Shown here: in pieces, positions 23,154-33,330 of the stretch
How the letters are laid out: each line of letters starts with the position of its first letter
Numbering within the stretch: the first letter of the stretch is position 1
Assembly: GCA_963719315.1 (NCBI GenBank)
Contig: CAVRBU010000013.1
Coordinates: 64,001-128,000, forward strand
DNA length: 64,000 nt
Source of the DNA: an uncultured Planctomycetota bacterium
Lineage (GTDB): Bacteria > Planctomycetota > Planctomycetia > Pirellulales > Lacipirellulaceae
Reading direction: 5' to 3'
Translations under genes and position numbers: made by a program
Notes under the pieces: model-generated
What the model was told of the DNA's origin: nothing
The model's database searches: none
The model's input: the letters and a program-made list of their open reading frames with translations, nothing else

Positions 23154-23699
23154 ATGCGTATCCTCGGCATCGATCCTGGTCTCAACACCACCGGCTATGG
23201 CGTATTGGATTTCGCCCACGTGGGCAACTCTCTCCGAGACTCGAATTCGCGTCTCGGAGAGACGCGGCCACGTGTGCCGCGGCTCATCGAAGCGGGTGTC
23301 GTCCGCGGCAAAGCGGATGCCAAGTTGGCCGAGCGGGTAAAGGAAATCCACGACGGCGTCGCCGATGTCATCTCCACGCTCAAACCCGAGATGCTGGCAA
23401 TCGAAGAACTCTACTCCCACTACGAACGGCCGACGACTGCGATACTCATGGGTCACGCACGTGGCGTCATCCTCCTCGCGGCCGCCGAAGCCGGCATCCC
23501 CGTCACGAGCTACCGGGCCACGCAAATCAAAAAAACCATCACGGGCAATGGCCACGCTGCGAAATGGCAAATGCAGGAAGCCATCCGCCGCGAATTGAAT
23601 CTACCCACGCTGCCGGAGCCTCCCAACGTCGCCGATGCTCTCGCGATTGCACTGTGCCACTGCTACTTAAGCCGCTTTCCTTCGGCAGCAAGCTCATGA
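23154..23699 (+). CDS. ruvC: Crossover junction endodeoxyribonuclease RuvC
   Basis: [35 protein letters not shown] and [10 protein letters not shown] motifs. Confidence 0.93.
   Translation: MRILGIDPGLNTTGYGVLDFAHVGNSLRDSNSRLGETRPRVPRLIEAGVVRGKADAKLAERVKEIHDGVADVISTLKPEMLAIEELYSHYERPTTAILMGHARGVILLAAAEAGIPVTSYRATQIKKTITGNGHAAKWQMQEAIRRELNLPTLPEPPNVADALAIALCHCYLSRFPSAASS
23219..23272. repeat. Palindromic REP doublet inside the ruvC coding sequence
   Basis: CGTGG..TCTCTCCGAGAC-TCGAATTCGC-GTCTCGGAGAGA..CCACG; related to the REP at 32992-33016. Confidence 0.75.
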
Positions 23700-23793
23700 T
23701 TGGGGCTGGGGACTGGGGGCTGATGGCTGTATGATTTGCCGCAAGCAAAGTCCTCTGGCTCTCGACCCTCGACTCTCAGTCCTCGACCTCCCC

Positions 23794-24420
23794 ATGATCA
23801 CCAAAGTTACCGGCACGCCCGTCGCCCTATCGACCGACACGCTCACGCTCGCCGTCGGCGCGTTCGAGTATGAAATCCTCATTCCGGAATTCGCCCGGCG
23901 AAATCTGCAGGACAAAGTCGGCCACGCCGTCAGTCTCCACACCGTCGAGTACCTCGAAGGAAACGCCATGCAAGGCCGCCTCATCCCGCGGCTCGTCGGC
24001 TTTCTCAGCCCGATCGAGCGCGAGTTTTTCGACATGTTCTGCGAGGTGGATGGCGTCGGCGTCAAAAAGGCCCTGCGGGCAATGGTGCGACCCGTCCAAG
24101 AAGTCGCCACAATGATCGAAGAACAGGATGCTAAGGGCCTTTCCACGCTCCCCGGCATCGGCCCGGCAACCGCCGAACGGATCGTTGCCAAGCTTCGCCG
24201 CAGAGTCCCCAAGTTTGCGCTCTTGGTCGCGCGGGACACACATCCGGTAGCCGGTGTCGAACGCGACCTGTTGACCGAGGCGTTCGAGGTGCTCCGCGTC
24301 CTAGGCCACAGCGAAAGCGATGCCCGCCGGCTGCTCGACGGTGCCCTGGATAAGAAAACCAAATACAAGGACGTCGATTCGCTCCTCCACGCCGTATATG
24401 AAAAGAGCCACAGCGAGTAA
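23794..24420 (+). CDS. ruvA: Holliday junction branch migration protein RuvA
   Basis: [17 protein letters not shown] and [12 protein letters not shown]hH motifs; follows ruvC. Confidence 0.92.
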   Translation: MITKVTGTPVALSTDTLTLAVGAFEYEILIPEFARRNLQDKVGHAVSLHTVEYLEGNAMQGRLIPRLVGFLSPIEREFFDMFCEVDGVGVKKALRAMVRPVQEVATMIEEQDAKGLSTLPGIGPATAERIVAKLRRRVPKFALLVARDTHPVAGVERDLLTEAFEVLRVLGHSESDARRLLDGALDKKTKYKDVDSLLHAVYEKSHSE

Positions 24421-24429
24421 CGCCACCTT

Positions 24430-25320
24430 GTGAACGCCCAACCGGCCAATTCGTCGCGGCAACGCTGGGCGCGCACATTGTGGCGAATCGCCCGGCCGCT
24501 CATCGTCGCCTACCTCGTAATCGTTCTCGGCATGATGTTTCTGGAAACCTGGCTCGTGTACCCAATCCCGCCGCTTGAATGGGGCGATTGGAGCCCAAAA
24601 AGTTTCAACCACGAGGACATTCAATTTTCGTCGACCGACGGTACCAAGCTCCACGGCTGGTTAGTTCCTCACGTCAAGCCGACGCGGGCCATCTTGTATT
24701 GCCACGGCAACGCCGAGGACGTGGCGGCTGTCGGTGAGTTGGCTGCCCATCTTAGCGATACCCTCCAAGCTTCCGTCTTCATCTTCGATTACCGCGGATA
24801 TGGCCACAGCGAAGGACGCCCCAACGAAGCCCGCTGCGTCGCCGATGGCTGCGCGGCACAGCAATGGCTGGCCCGGCGCATGAACATCCGTCCCGATGAA
24901 GTGATCGTCATGGGGCGTTCATTGGGAAGCGCCGTGGCGGTTGCAGTTGCCGCCGCAAACGGGGCCCGCGCCTTGATTCTTGAAAGTGCGTTTCCAACTA
25001 TGCCCGACGTAGCGGCGTTGCATTACCCTTGGTTGCCGGTGAGGTGGGTCATGAAAAACCGTTTCGACAACCTGGCGCGCATCCAGCAGTACGAAGGTCC
25101 GCTGCTGCAAAGCCACGGAACGACCGACGAATTGATCCCCATCGGTCTGGCCCGAAAACTGTTCGATGCCGCGCCAAGCCACACGAAAAAGTGGTTGGAG
25201 TACAAGAATTGGGGCCACAACGACTCACCGCCGCCGCAGTATTTCCGAGACTTGGCTACATTTCTCGACTCTGCCGACCCCCCATCCGGAGTAATCAACT
25301 CCGCTGTGCCGGCGGAATAG
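24430..25320 (+). CDS. Alpha/beta hydrolase (ABHD13/BEM46-like) with N-terminal TM
   Basis: YCHGNA, DYRGYG, GRSLG, HGTTDE and GHND motifs. Confidence 0.9.
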   Translation: MNAQPANSSRQRWARTLWRIARPLIVAYLVIVLGMMFLETWLVYPIPPLEWGDWSPKSFNHEDIQFSSTDGTKLHGWLVPHVKPTRAILYCHGNAEDVAAVGELAAHLSDTLQASVFIFDYRGYGHSEGRPNEARCVADGCAAQQWLARRMNIRPDEVIVMGRSLGSAVAVAVAAANGARALILESAFPTMPDVAALHYPWLPVRWVMKNRFDNLARIQQYEGPLLQSHGTTDELIPIGLARKLFDAAPSHTKKWLEYKNWGHNDSPPPQYFRDLATFLDSADPPSGVINSAVPAE

Positions 25321-25779
25321 CCCAATCTTCCACCGGCTAGCTTGACGAAGATGGCGAATTGGCGGCCCGCACTCCTTGAGAGACCTGCCCAACCAGTTGC
25401 TATGTGTTTATAATTAGGCTTCACGCCTACGGGCGTCGATAAGGATTTCAGCCTGAAAACATGCGTTTTCTGGCAGATTCCTCCCACCTGATAGCCGGCC
25501 CACGGACGACACTCGCCCCTGGCGGGCCGGCCACGACGCCAACGCCGGTGAACCCGCATCCCGCCCTGCCATTGCTTTCAACCCAGTATGCCGGACGATT
25601 TTTTTACTTCCACCCGGCCGGGATGCTAGCTATCCTGTGTTTTCCCACCTTCCCGTTCCGACAGAAGCTTCCTAGCTCGCCGAATTGACTCTGGATTACT
25701 AACTCCATAACAATTCCGTCCACTGCTAGCATCTCCCAAGTCGGTCCCACTTCCCGCTCAAGCGGTCACCCTACTACCT

Positions 25780-26595
25780 ATGCTGATCAAGATAATTGAG
25801 CGTTCGCTGGTGTATCCTCGGCCATCGCGCGAGCGCGGCGACTGGCGGCCTCGCTGGTTGCGGCCGCAAAACGTGTGGTTCCGCTCGGCCGACAACACCA
25901 AGCTCCACGGTTGGTACGTGCCCAACCCCGAAGCCCGGCGACTCGTCGTTTACTCGCACGGCAACGGCGAGCACGTAGCCGACCAGGCGAGCCTCGTGGC
26001 CCGGTTGCAGACCCACTTGCAGGCAACCGTGTTTGTTTACGATTACCGGGGCTATGGCCGCAGTCGGGGCAAGCCGACCGAGCGCGGCTGTATCGCCGAC
26101 GGCATGGCCGCCCAACGATGGCTGGCAGAACGCGAGGGTGTGGGCGTCGAAGACATTGTGATGGTTGGCCGTTCGCTCGGCGGCGGCGTGGCTGTCGCGG
26201 CCGCGTCCGAGCATGGCGCGCGAGCCCTGGTGCTGGAAGCAACATTCTCCCGCATGACCGATGCCGCGGCCGCACAGTACCCCTGGCTTCCCGTGCGGCT
26301 CGTCATGCGAAATCGATATAACTCGGTCCGCCGCATCCAAAAGTACCAAGGACCGACGTTCCAATCCCACGGCACTGCTGACGAAGTGGTGCCCCTCTCC
26401 ATGGCCCGGGGCCTGTTCGACTCCTCGCCCAGCCGGATGAAGCAGTTTTACGAGATCAACTTCGCCCGGCATAACGATACGCCGCCGCCGGCGTACTACG
26501 CTACCCTCTCGGACTTTTTGGACCAAGTCGACGAGCAGAGCGGTTTCAAACTGCCCAGCCGGCTCCGACGCCGCGAACGGCAGCTTGTTTCTTAG
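25780..26595 (+). CDS. Alpha/beta hydrolase, paralog of the preceding gene
   Basis: HGNG, DYRGYG, GRSLGG, HGTADE and RHND motifs. Confidence 0.9.
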   Translation: MLIKIIERSLVYPRPSRERGDWRPRWLRPQNVWFRSADNTKLHGWYVPNPEARRLVVYSHGNGEHVADQASLVARLQTHLQATVFVYDYRGYGRSRGKPTERGCIADGMAAQRWLAEREGVGVEDIVMVGRSLGGGVAVAAASEHGARALVLEATFSRMTDAAAAQYPWLPVRLVMRNRYNSVRRIQKYQGPTFQSHGTADEVVPLSMARGLFDSSPSRMKQFYEINFARHNDTPPPAYYATLSDFLDQVDEQSGFKLPSRLRRRERQLVS

Positions 26596-26707
26596 TCCGT
26601 TGCCGGTTGCCCGCTGTCCGCTGCTTGGCAGATAATGCTGCGCGGCGTACGAAGTGTTCGTTACGGCGTGCAGCGGACGACAGACTATCAACCACGGACG
26701 GGCAAAC

Positions 26708-27781
26708 ATGCCCCGCGAAACAATCCTCTCCGGCGACGACCTGCCCGCGCCCCACGATGATAACTCGTCGGCTAAGGGGGCCAACCCTGGCCGACTTCGC
26801 GACGACGAGATCGCCCTCCGACCTCAGCACATGAGTGAAATGGTCGGCCAGCGCAAAGTGGCCGAACGGCTGGCGATTGCCGTTGACGCGGCCCGCAAAC
26901 GCAAAGAACCGCTTGGCCACATCTTGCTCGATGGCCCGCCGGGACTTGGCAAGACCACGTTTGCGACGTGCATTCCACGCGACTTGGGCGTCGGCCTGCA
27001 GATTGGCAGCGGGGCGGCGCTGGCCGCGCCGAAGGATTTGCTGCCGTACCTCACCAACGCCGAGGAAGGCTCGATCCTGTTCATCGACGAGATCCATCGC
27101 CTGCCCAAAGCGGTCGAGGAGTTCATGTACCCGGCGATGGAGGATTTTCGAGTCGACATTACGCTCGGCGAAGGGGCTGGAGCCCGGACGGTGAACATGA
27201 AGCTGCGGCCGTTCACGCTGATCGGCGCCACCACCCGTAGCGGATTGCTCTCCGCCCCGCTCCGTGATCGCTTCCAGATCCGCGAGCACCTCGAGTTTTA
27301 CAGCGAAGAGGAGTTGACCGAGATCGTCCGCCGCAATGCGGCCAAGTTGCGGGTTGAGATCGAAGGCGCGGCCGCGGAAAAAATCGCGCATTGCAGCCGG
27401 GGCACGCCGCGAATCGCCAACAACCGCCTCCGCTGGGTCCGCGACTATTCGACCAGCAAGCACAGCGGCCACATCACGCTGGCCATTGCCGAGGCCGCCC
27501 TCAACATGCTGGGCATCGACATTCTGGGCCTCGATGCCCAGGATCGCAAATACCTGCAAATAATCGCCCGCGTGTTCCATGGCGGCCCGGCCGGCGTCGA
27601 GGCCATCGCCCATACGATGAACGCTGCCTTGGATACGCTGGTTGATGAGGTCGAGCCGTTCCTGCTCCGCTCGGAACTCGTCGTCCGCACACCGCGCGGC
27701 CGCAAACTTACGGCCAATTCGTACCAACACTTGGGCGAAACGCCGCCCCCCGACGAGCCACAGCTACCGCTGTTCAAATAG
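26708..27781 (+). CDS. ruvB: Holliday junction DNA helicase RuvB
   Basis: LRP, GPPGLGKTT, FIDEIHRL, GATTR, PLRDRF and RTPRGR motifs. Confidence 0.97.
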   Translation: MPRETILSGDDLPAPHDDNSSAKGANPGRLRDDEIALRPQHMSEMVGQRKVAERLAIAVDAARKRKEPLGHILLDGPPGLGKTTFATCIPRDLGVGLQIGSGAALAAPKDLLPYLTNAEEGSILFIDEIHRLPKAVEEFMYPAMEDFRVDITLGEGAGARTVNMKLRPFTLIGATTRSGLLSAPLRDRFQIREHLEFYSEEELTEIVRRNAAKLRVEIEGAAAEKIAHCSRGTPRIANNRLRWVRDYSTSKHSGHITLAIAEAALNMLGIDILGLDAQDRKYLQIIARVFHGGPAGVEAIAHTMNAALDTLVDEVEPFLLRSELVVRTPRGRKLTANSYQHLGETPPPDEPQLPLFK

Positions 27782-27818
27782 TCCGCTTACAATCAGTCCT
27801 CCTCCGGAGAATATCACC

Positions 27819-28751
27819 ATGAAACGCTTGCAAGTGATCGGCGCCTATTTGCTCGTAGCCCTGGCAGCCGGCCGAGGCCTCGCCGCCGAGGCTAATGATT
27901 CGTACAAAATCACGCCCGACGTGGTCTATGGCCACAAGGCGGGCATGGCCCTCACGTTCGACGCCATTGAGCCCCGGGAACCGAACGGCGCCGGCGTGCT
28001 TTTCATGGTGAGCGGCGGGTGGGTCTCCGGTTGGGGGCCGCCGGAGAATTTCATCAAACCGAATGCACCATCCGGCATGACGCATTTCCGCGATCTGGTC
28101 GATCACGGCTACACGCTGTTCATCGTCCGCCACGGCAGCTCCCCACAGTTCAAAGTGCCCGAGGCGGTGGCCGACGTCCAACGGGCTGTCCGCTATATCC
28201 GCCTGCATGCCGCTGATTTCAAGATCGATCCCGATCGCATCGGCGTTTGCGGCGGCAGCGCCGGCGGGCACTTGTCGCTGATGCTCGGCACGGCCTCGGA
28301 CGAAGGGAACAAGGACTCCAAGGACGAAGTGGACCGCGCCAGCGACCGCGTGGAAGCCGTCGTCGCCTATTTCCCGCCGGTCGACTTGCGCGATTGGGTC
28401 GGCGACAAACGCTTCCCGGCATTGTCGTTCGATCCAAAACTGGCCGAATCCGTCTCGCCGATCCTGCACGTGTCGAAAGATGACCCGCCGACATTGCTCA
28501 TCCACGGCGACAAAGACGACCTGGTCAAGCTCGACAATAGCGAACACATTCTGGCCGCACTCAAAAAGGAAGGCGTCCCCTGCGACTTGATCGTAATGCA
28601 CGGCGCCGGCCACGGCTTCGGCGGCGAACAAGGCAAGCAAGCTTCCGAGGCGCTCATTAAATGGTTCGATAAGTACCTCGCCAAACCGGCAACGCCGCGC
28701 GACGGCGACACCAAATCCGATAAGCGCCAAAAAGTACCTGCGGCCTCGTAG
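27819..28751 (+). CDS. Secreted esterase/lipase (alpha/beta hydrolase)
   Basis: Signal peptide; SGGW, GGSAGGH, HGDKD and GHGF motifs. Confidence 0.88.
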   Translation: MKRLQVIGAYLLVALAAGRGLAAEANDSYKITPDVVYGHKAGMALTFDAIEPREPNGAGVLFMVSGGWVSGWGPPENFIKPNAPSGMTHFRDLVDHGYTLFIVRHGSSPQFKVPEAVADVQRAVRYIRLHAADFKIDPDRIGVCGGSAGGHLSLMLGTASDEGNKDSKDEVDRASDRVEAVVAYFPPVDLRDWVGDKRFPALSFDPKLAESVSPILHVSKDDPPTLLIHGDKDDLVKLDNSEHILAALKKEGVPCDLIVMHGAGHGFGGEQGKQASEALIKWFDKYLAKPATPRDGDTKSDKRQKVPAAS

Positions 28752-28905
28752 TCGCTCCGGGCCATTCGCTTTTCCAAGATCGCCGAACGAGTGTGGGGCG
28801 TCGGAGACGCCCCACACAAATAGGAATGGATGTTTCTTGATGCCACCAACGCGCCATTCGTCTATTTCTCGGTGACTGCAGTTCAAATTCAGACAAAGAG
28901 GGGCG

Positions 28906-28972
28906 GGAACGCTAATCTTCGCTAATCTCCACTGATTCGGAATTAGTGGAGATTAGTGAGAATCAGCGTTCC
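28906..28972. repeat. Inverted repeat of the GGAACGCTAATCTTCGCTAAT family
   Basis: Arms pair with each other; the left arm recurs near 37291. Confidence 0.6.
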
Positions 28973-29000
28973 TTCTTTTCTTTCCCTTTTTCTCAGGATG

Positions 29001-29470
29001 AGTTTTGCGCGAGGGCTTCGCGCAATGGAAATCGCAAGTCGTTGGGCGGCAAGGGAGTACGATTGTGCGGACGCGTGAAAATTTTTTTTTCGCGTGCAAA
29101 ACTCCTCCTTTTTGCGCGGCGCTTAGGCCACCAACCGCTGGAAATCCAGTGGTTTGGGCGTGCGCGAAGCGTGCAATAATAGGCGAGTTTGCTCTCTAAG
29201 AAGCTGGAATCTGGCAGTAAAAAAAGCTGTTAGCTGTTAGCTGTTAGCCAGAGCGGTCGGGCCTGTAGAATGCGCCGTTTTACGGTGTTCCGGCCCTTCG
29301 GCCAGCTTTGGGCAAAAAGGCGAGAGCGCGTCGGGGGACCGCGCGCAACCTCTGACTGATAGCCAACAGCTAATGGCTAACAGCTTGCTCTAAATTTTCA
29401 AGGATCAAACGCCGTCGCAATGCAGCGTGGCGAAACTATAGCACGATCGCGACGACGATTCCACAATTAT
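29001..29470 (-). repeat. Long non-coding dispersed element, copy 1 (candidate ncRNA or regulatory unit)
   Basis: Colinear, diverged match to 57936-58437; conserved promoter-like and boxA-like motifs on the minus strand. Confidence 0.75.
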
Positions 29471-29653
29471 TTTTGGCCGCGCCGCGATTCATCTTTTACC
29501 GCGTTGCGGAGCGTGGCTCTCTTTTCGTGTTCTTCTCAAGGGACCGAATCTTGGTACAGATGCCTCACAATCCAGCTCTGCCGATTCCATCTGAACTGCG
29601 AGCAAAGTTACCAAGTCGACGACCGCCGCCACGCCGAGGCGATTTGAATCGCG

Positions 29654-29944
29654 GTAACAGCTTAGCCGATTGAAGTTGTCGCGATGGACGTTATCGAGGG
29701 CCGTTCGACGGCCCTTTTCCCGCGCCTGCGGTCTTAGGCCCGCCGTTTACGGCGGGTCCATAAGGTCCCGAAACACGATGGGGAGGCTTCTCGCTTTGCG
29801 GCTGAAGCCATCGCCGCGAGAAGCCCTGTAAACCAGGGCTTGGTGCTGATCGGTTGGCCTAACCAACCCGTCGTCAACGACGGGCCTAAGACCACCTTCG
29901 GTGGAAGGAACCGTGAACGGCTCTGCAATCCGCTAAACTGTTAC
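29654..29944. mobile_element. MITE-like element A, long copy
   Basis: TIRs GTAACAGCTTAGCCGATTG / CAATCCGCTAAACTGTTAC; several internal hairpins; second copy at 39526-39708. Confidence 0.7.
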
Positions 29945-30354
29945 AGATTTGCAAGAATTCAGTGCATTGCGATGTATGGACCGTCAGAATAAATCTGCCA
30001 CATCAAAAAGCACACAAGCACCTGAAATTCCAGGGATTCTCGAAGAATCAATGTGTCAGTTTTTTTGCGACGAGCCATACTCTGAATTCTTGCGAATTCA
30101 GCTACGGTTTTGAAACCGCTTCAAGCTTTATTGGCCACCTTTTTTGCGGGTGAGAGCGGTGGTAAGCTGCTGGTTGCCGAGCGGAAAGGATGGACCGCAT
30201 CGGGCGTCGATCGAGCGACAATTGGCAACAAGAAAGTCGTTTGCCGAATTCACTTCCGACCCTATAGAGTTGCGATCATCTCGCGGTTGACATTGTCGTC
30301 GTCCTCGCACTTAGGAAAAAAGAGACCTGCCCCCTATCATCAGGGAGGTGACCG

Positions 30355-31450
30355 ATGAATTGTTTGAATTTGCGCGTCTCGATTTGTTCAATTTTCGTCT
30401 TCGCGTTTACCGCCGGTGAGGTATGTGGGCCGGCAATCGCGACGGCGGCCATCGTAGTACCCAGCGGGACCCGCGTTTTTCTGACGGTCGACGGGCAAAC
30501 GAATACTTGTCCTCCCGATGGGAACTGCGCGGTCGCCGCCGGACCGACCGTACCGGTAATCATCCCACTCACGACGTTCACGGATCCCCGAGGCCCAAAC
30601 TTCGGTTATCTCACGTCGAGCGCGGACGTAATGACAGGCAAGACGGCGCATGGAACGATTAACGCGTTATCAACGGACTTCCAATACCTGGCGATCAACG
30701 ACACGTACACTGTCCATGGCATAGCCAGCGGATCGTTCCCAATCACGGTAACGCTTCATATCACGGGCTCGTACGGCTCCATACCAAACACGACGTTTGG
30801 TAACTTAATGGGTACCGAAGCTTCGCAGCTCGAAATTGGCACGTTTCATCCGGAAGCTACACTCACTCAATTTCTGATCGACCCATTCCCGCCCGATGCC
30901 CTCAACCCGATGACTTCACAGGTCAGCCAAGTCCAGAATGCGATGGCCAGCGCGACACCACTGACCTTTCCGTGGGACGTTCAGGTGAGCCACACACAGA
31001 TGGTCAGCATCAATGACGTATTCGACATTGCATACGGAATCAGTATGAACATCTCTAGCTCTGCTCAAATGGATTTGAATCCCGGTGGCATCAACGTCAT
31101 ATCATTTGCCTTGCCGGAAGGTGTGTTTTTAACGTCGGCACTGGGAGCGACGTTTGGTACTCCGCCGAGCCTGGTCGGCGACTACAACAACAACGGCTCG
31201 GTCGACGCGGCCGATATGGTTGTGTGGCGCAAGAACTTAGGAACATCCACCTTACTTGCTAACGATCCTATCGGTGGCACGATCGGCCAGGGCCAGTACG
31301 ATAATTGGCGCGCACCACTTCGGCGAAGCGCTTGGCAGCGGCGTGGGTGGGAGTTCGAACATCTCCGTCCCGGAACCAGCGACCTTAACCTTAGCACTGC
31401 TGATACTCGCGGCCGCTGCTTGGTGTCTCCAGCTACGCCGGGCCGCATAA
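30355..31450 (+). CDS. Exported protein with dockerin-like and PEP-CTERM domains; apparent frameshift near 31315
   Basis: Signal peptide; GDYNNNGSVDAADMVVWR; VPEPATLTLALL..RRAA in another frame; GGAGG RBS. Confidence 0.8.
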
Positions 31451-31782
31451 AAAGTACCATCAACTTCTAAACGCCTGACAATCGCCATCAAACCACCATT
31501 AGTTGACCCAATCACGACGGGTAGCGTCTGGCGCCTGGACTAGGAAAGGGGGCGGGCACCGGACTCCTGTTGTGCCCCTCCGATTGCGGCACCGCAGCAG
31601 CGATCCGGAAATTCCATGCGTTTGGTGACGCGGACCGGTAGAATTAGAGCAGCCAATATCCATCCACTGCGCTGAAAGGAGAATTGAAGCCTTGCTGACT
31701 TAGCCCGGCAGTGCTGTTTCGAATTGGGTGATCCGCCGCCATGTGCCGTGCCTGGCCACCGCTCGTTACACGAGATCGATTC

Positions 31783-32841
31783 ATGGGTCGCATATCCTCA
31801 TTTGTCGTATTGTTGCCAAGTCTTGGTTTTGCAACGCTCGCCCGAGCTGAGGTGTCGGCGGCGATTCCTCCTGCGACGACCGAGCAGATTCAACGGACGA
31901 TCGATCGCGCCATCCCCTATCTGCAAACTGAAAGCGCCGCATGGTTGAACACGCGCAAGTGCGCCGCCTGCCATCACGCGGGGATGCCGTTTTGGGCGCT
32001 GAGCGAAGCCGATCGACAGGGCTACTCGATCGACAAGAAATACTTGGCCGATAAGATCGAGTCGTTGTTGGGCAGCAAAGACAAATTGCTGGCCTCGAAG
32101 ATCTTTCCCAATCCGGCTGATCCACCCGATCCGCGCCCACAGGGTCGCGGGCTTAACATGGGGCTTCCGTTCCTGGCCGTAGCTGCACAGTCGTTGCCCT
32201 CGCTGGCAGAGGGACAAAAACAAAGCCTGAAGCTGATCACGAAGGAAATCGTCAACAAGCAACAACCAGACGGTTCGTGGGAGTTCTTTCCCACACTCAG
32301 GCGACCGCCGATTAACGAGAGCCAGACCACCGACGCCGCTTGGATCATCATGGCGCTCGAAGGGGGAACGGGACCCGACGCATCGGAATCGCAGCGCGCG
32401 GCGCTGTCGAAAGCAATCGCCTGGTTTGATGCCGCAAGGCCCTCCGACCTCCATCAAGAGAGAATCATGAAGGTGCTCTTGGGGGCTCGCTCCGGCAAGA
32501 CCCGCGAAACGATGCAAGCCACGATCGACGAGTTGCTTGCACTGCAACGCGCCGATGGTGGCTGGAGCCAGACCGTCCCTGAATTGAAGAGTGATGCCTT
32601 TGCCACCGGCCAGACGTTGTATGTTTTGTCGCTCGCCGGTTATACGGCCGATCGACCCGAAATCAAGCGAGGCATAGATTTCCTGGTCGCCACTCAAACG
32701 GCAGACGGCAGTTGGTCGATGATTTCTCGATCGACCCCCGATGGCTCGCCCGGGAGCTCGAAACTATTGACGCCAATCAACTGCGCCGCCAGTTCCTGGG
32801 CCGCGCTTGGTTTGGCGAGACTTGCGCCGAAGGGGCCCTAA
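31783..32841 (+). CDS. Prenyltransferase/squalene oxidase repeat protein with CxxCH motif
   Basis: QW-like repeats QQPDGSW, QRADGGW and QTADGSW; KCAACHH; signal-like N-terminus. Confidence 0.8.
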   Translation: MGRISSFVVLLPSLGFATLARAEVSAAIPPATTEQIQRTIDRAIPYLQTESAAWLNTRKCAACHHAGMPFWALSEADRQGYSIDKKYLADKIESLLGSKDKLLASKIFPNPADPPDPRPQGRGLNMGLPFLAVAAQSLPSLAEGQKQSLKLITKEIVNKQQPDGSWEFFPTLRRPPINESQTTDAAWIIMALEGGTGPDASESQRAALSKAIAWFDAARPSDLHQERIMKVLLGARSGKTRETMQATIDELLALQRADGGWSQTVPELKSDAFATGQTLYVLSLAGYTADRPEIKRGIDFLVATQTADGSWSMISRSTPDGSPGSSKLLTPINCAASSWAALGLARLAPKGP

Positions 32842-32991
32842 GGCGTAGTGTGCGTTAGTAGTCGCGCGAAAGGTAGGCGCCGCCAAGCCGCCGCAGCTCA
32901 GCCACGCCCAGCCCGGCTGCTCGTTCCGCGTTCCCGCTAAAGCACGCCAGCCTCAAATCCGTCGCAGTCATAGACGACGAATGAACCACAC

Positions 32992-33016
32992 GTAGGCGAG
33001 TCTCTCCGAGACTCGC
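32992..33016 (+). repeat. GTAG-type REP
   Basis: GTAG followed by the hairpin GCGAGTCTC-TCC-GAGACTCGC. Confidence 0.65.
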
Positions 33017-33072
33017 AATCATTCGCCACGGCCGGCTTTGCCAGTGCCCGGAGGCTGTAGTAGAATTGTGAC

Positions 33073-33330
33073 ATGATCCACAATAACGATGCAATCTACG
33101 ATCATGGCGTGTTTCGCCCCGTTGAGCCGCTGGCGTTGCCAGAGGGCGCGCGGGTGCATCTGCGCGTCGAAGACGAGAATGGCTGGCCGGCGGAAGCGTC
33201 CGAGAAAGTATCGGATTACGCGGCGTGGCGACTCGCCACGCTACTTTCTGCCCTCGACCTTTCCCACAATACCGAGCCAATCGGTTCATTGAGGCGCGAA
33301 GAGCTTTATGACCGCGATGTTCTTCGTTGA
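33073..33330 (+). CDS. Antitoxin, AF2212/DUF104-like
   Basis: AIYDHGVFRPVEPLALPEGARV signature; C-terminal REELYDR. Confidence 0.8.
   Translation: MIHNNDAIYDHGVFRPVEPLALPEGARVHLRVEDENGWPAEASEKVSDYAAWRLATLLSALDLSHNTEPIGSLRREELYDRDVLR

Noticed and set aside
26546..28886. Long minus-strand ORFs (394 and 370 aa)
   Set aside because: Shadows of ruvB and the esterase in GC-rich DNA.
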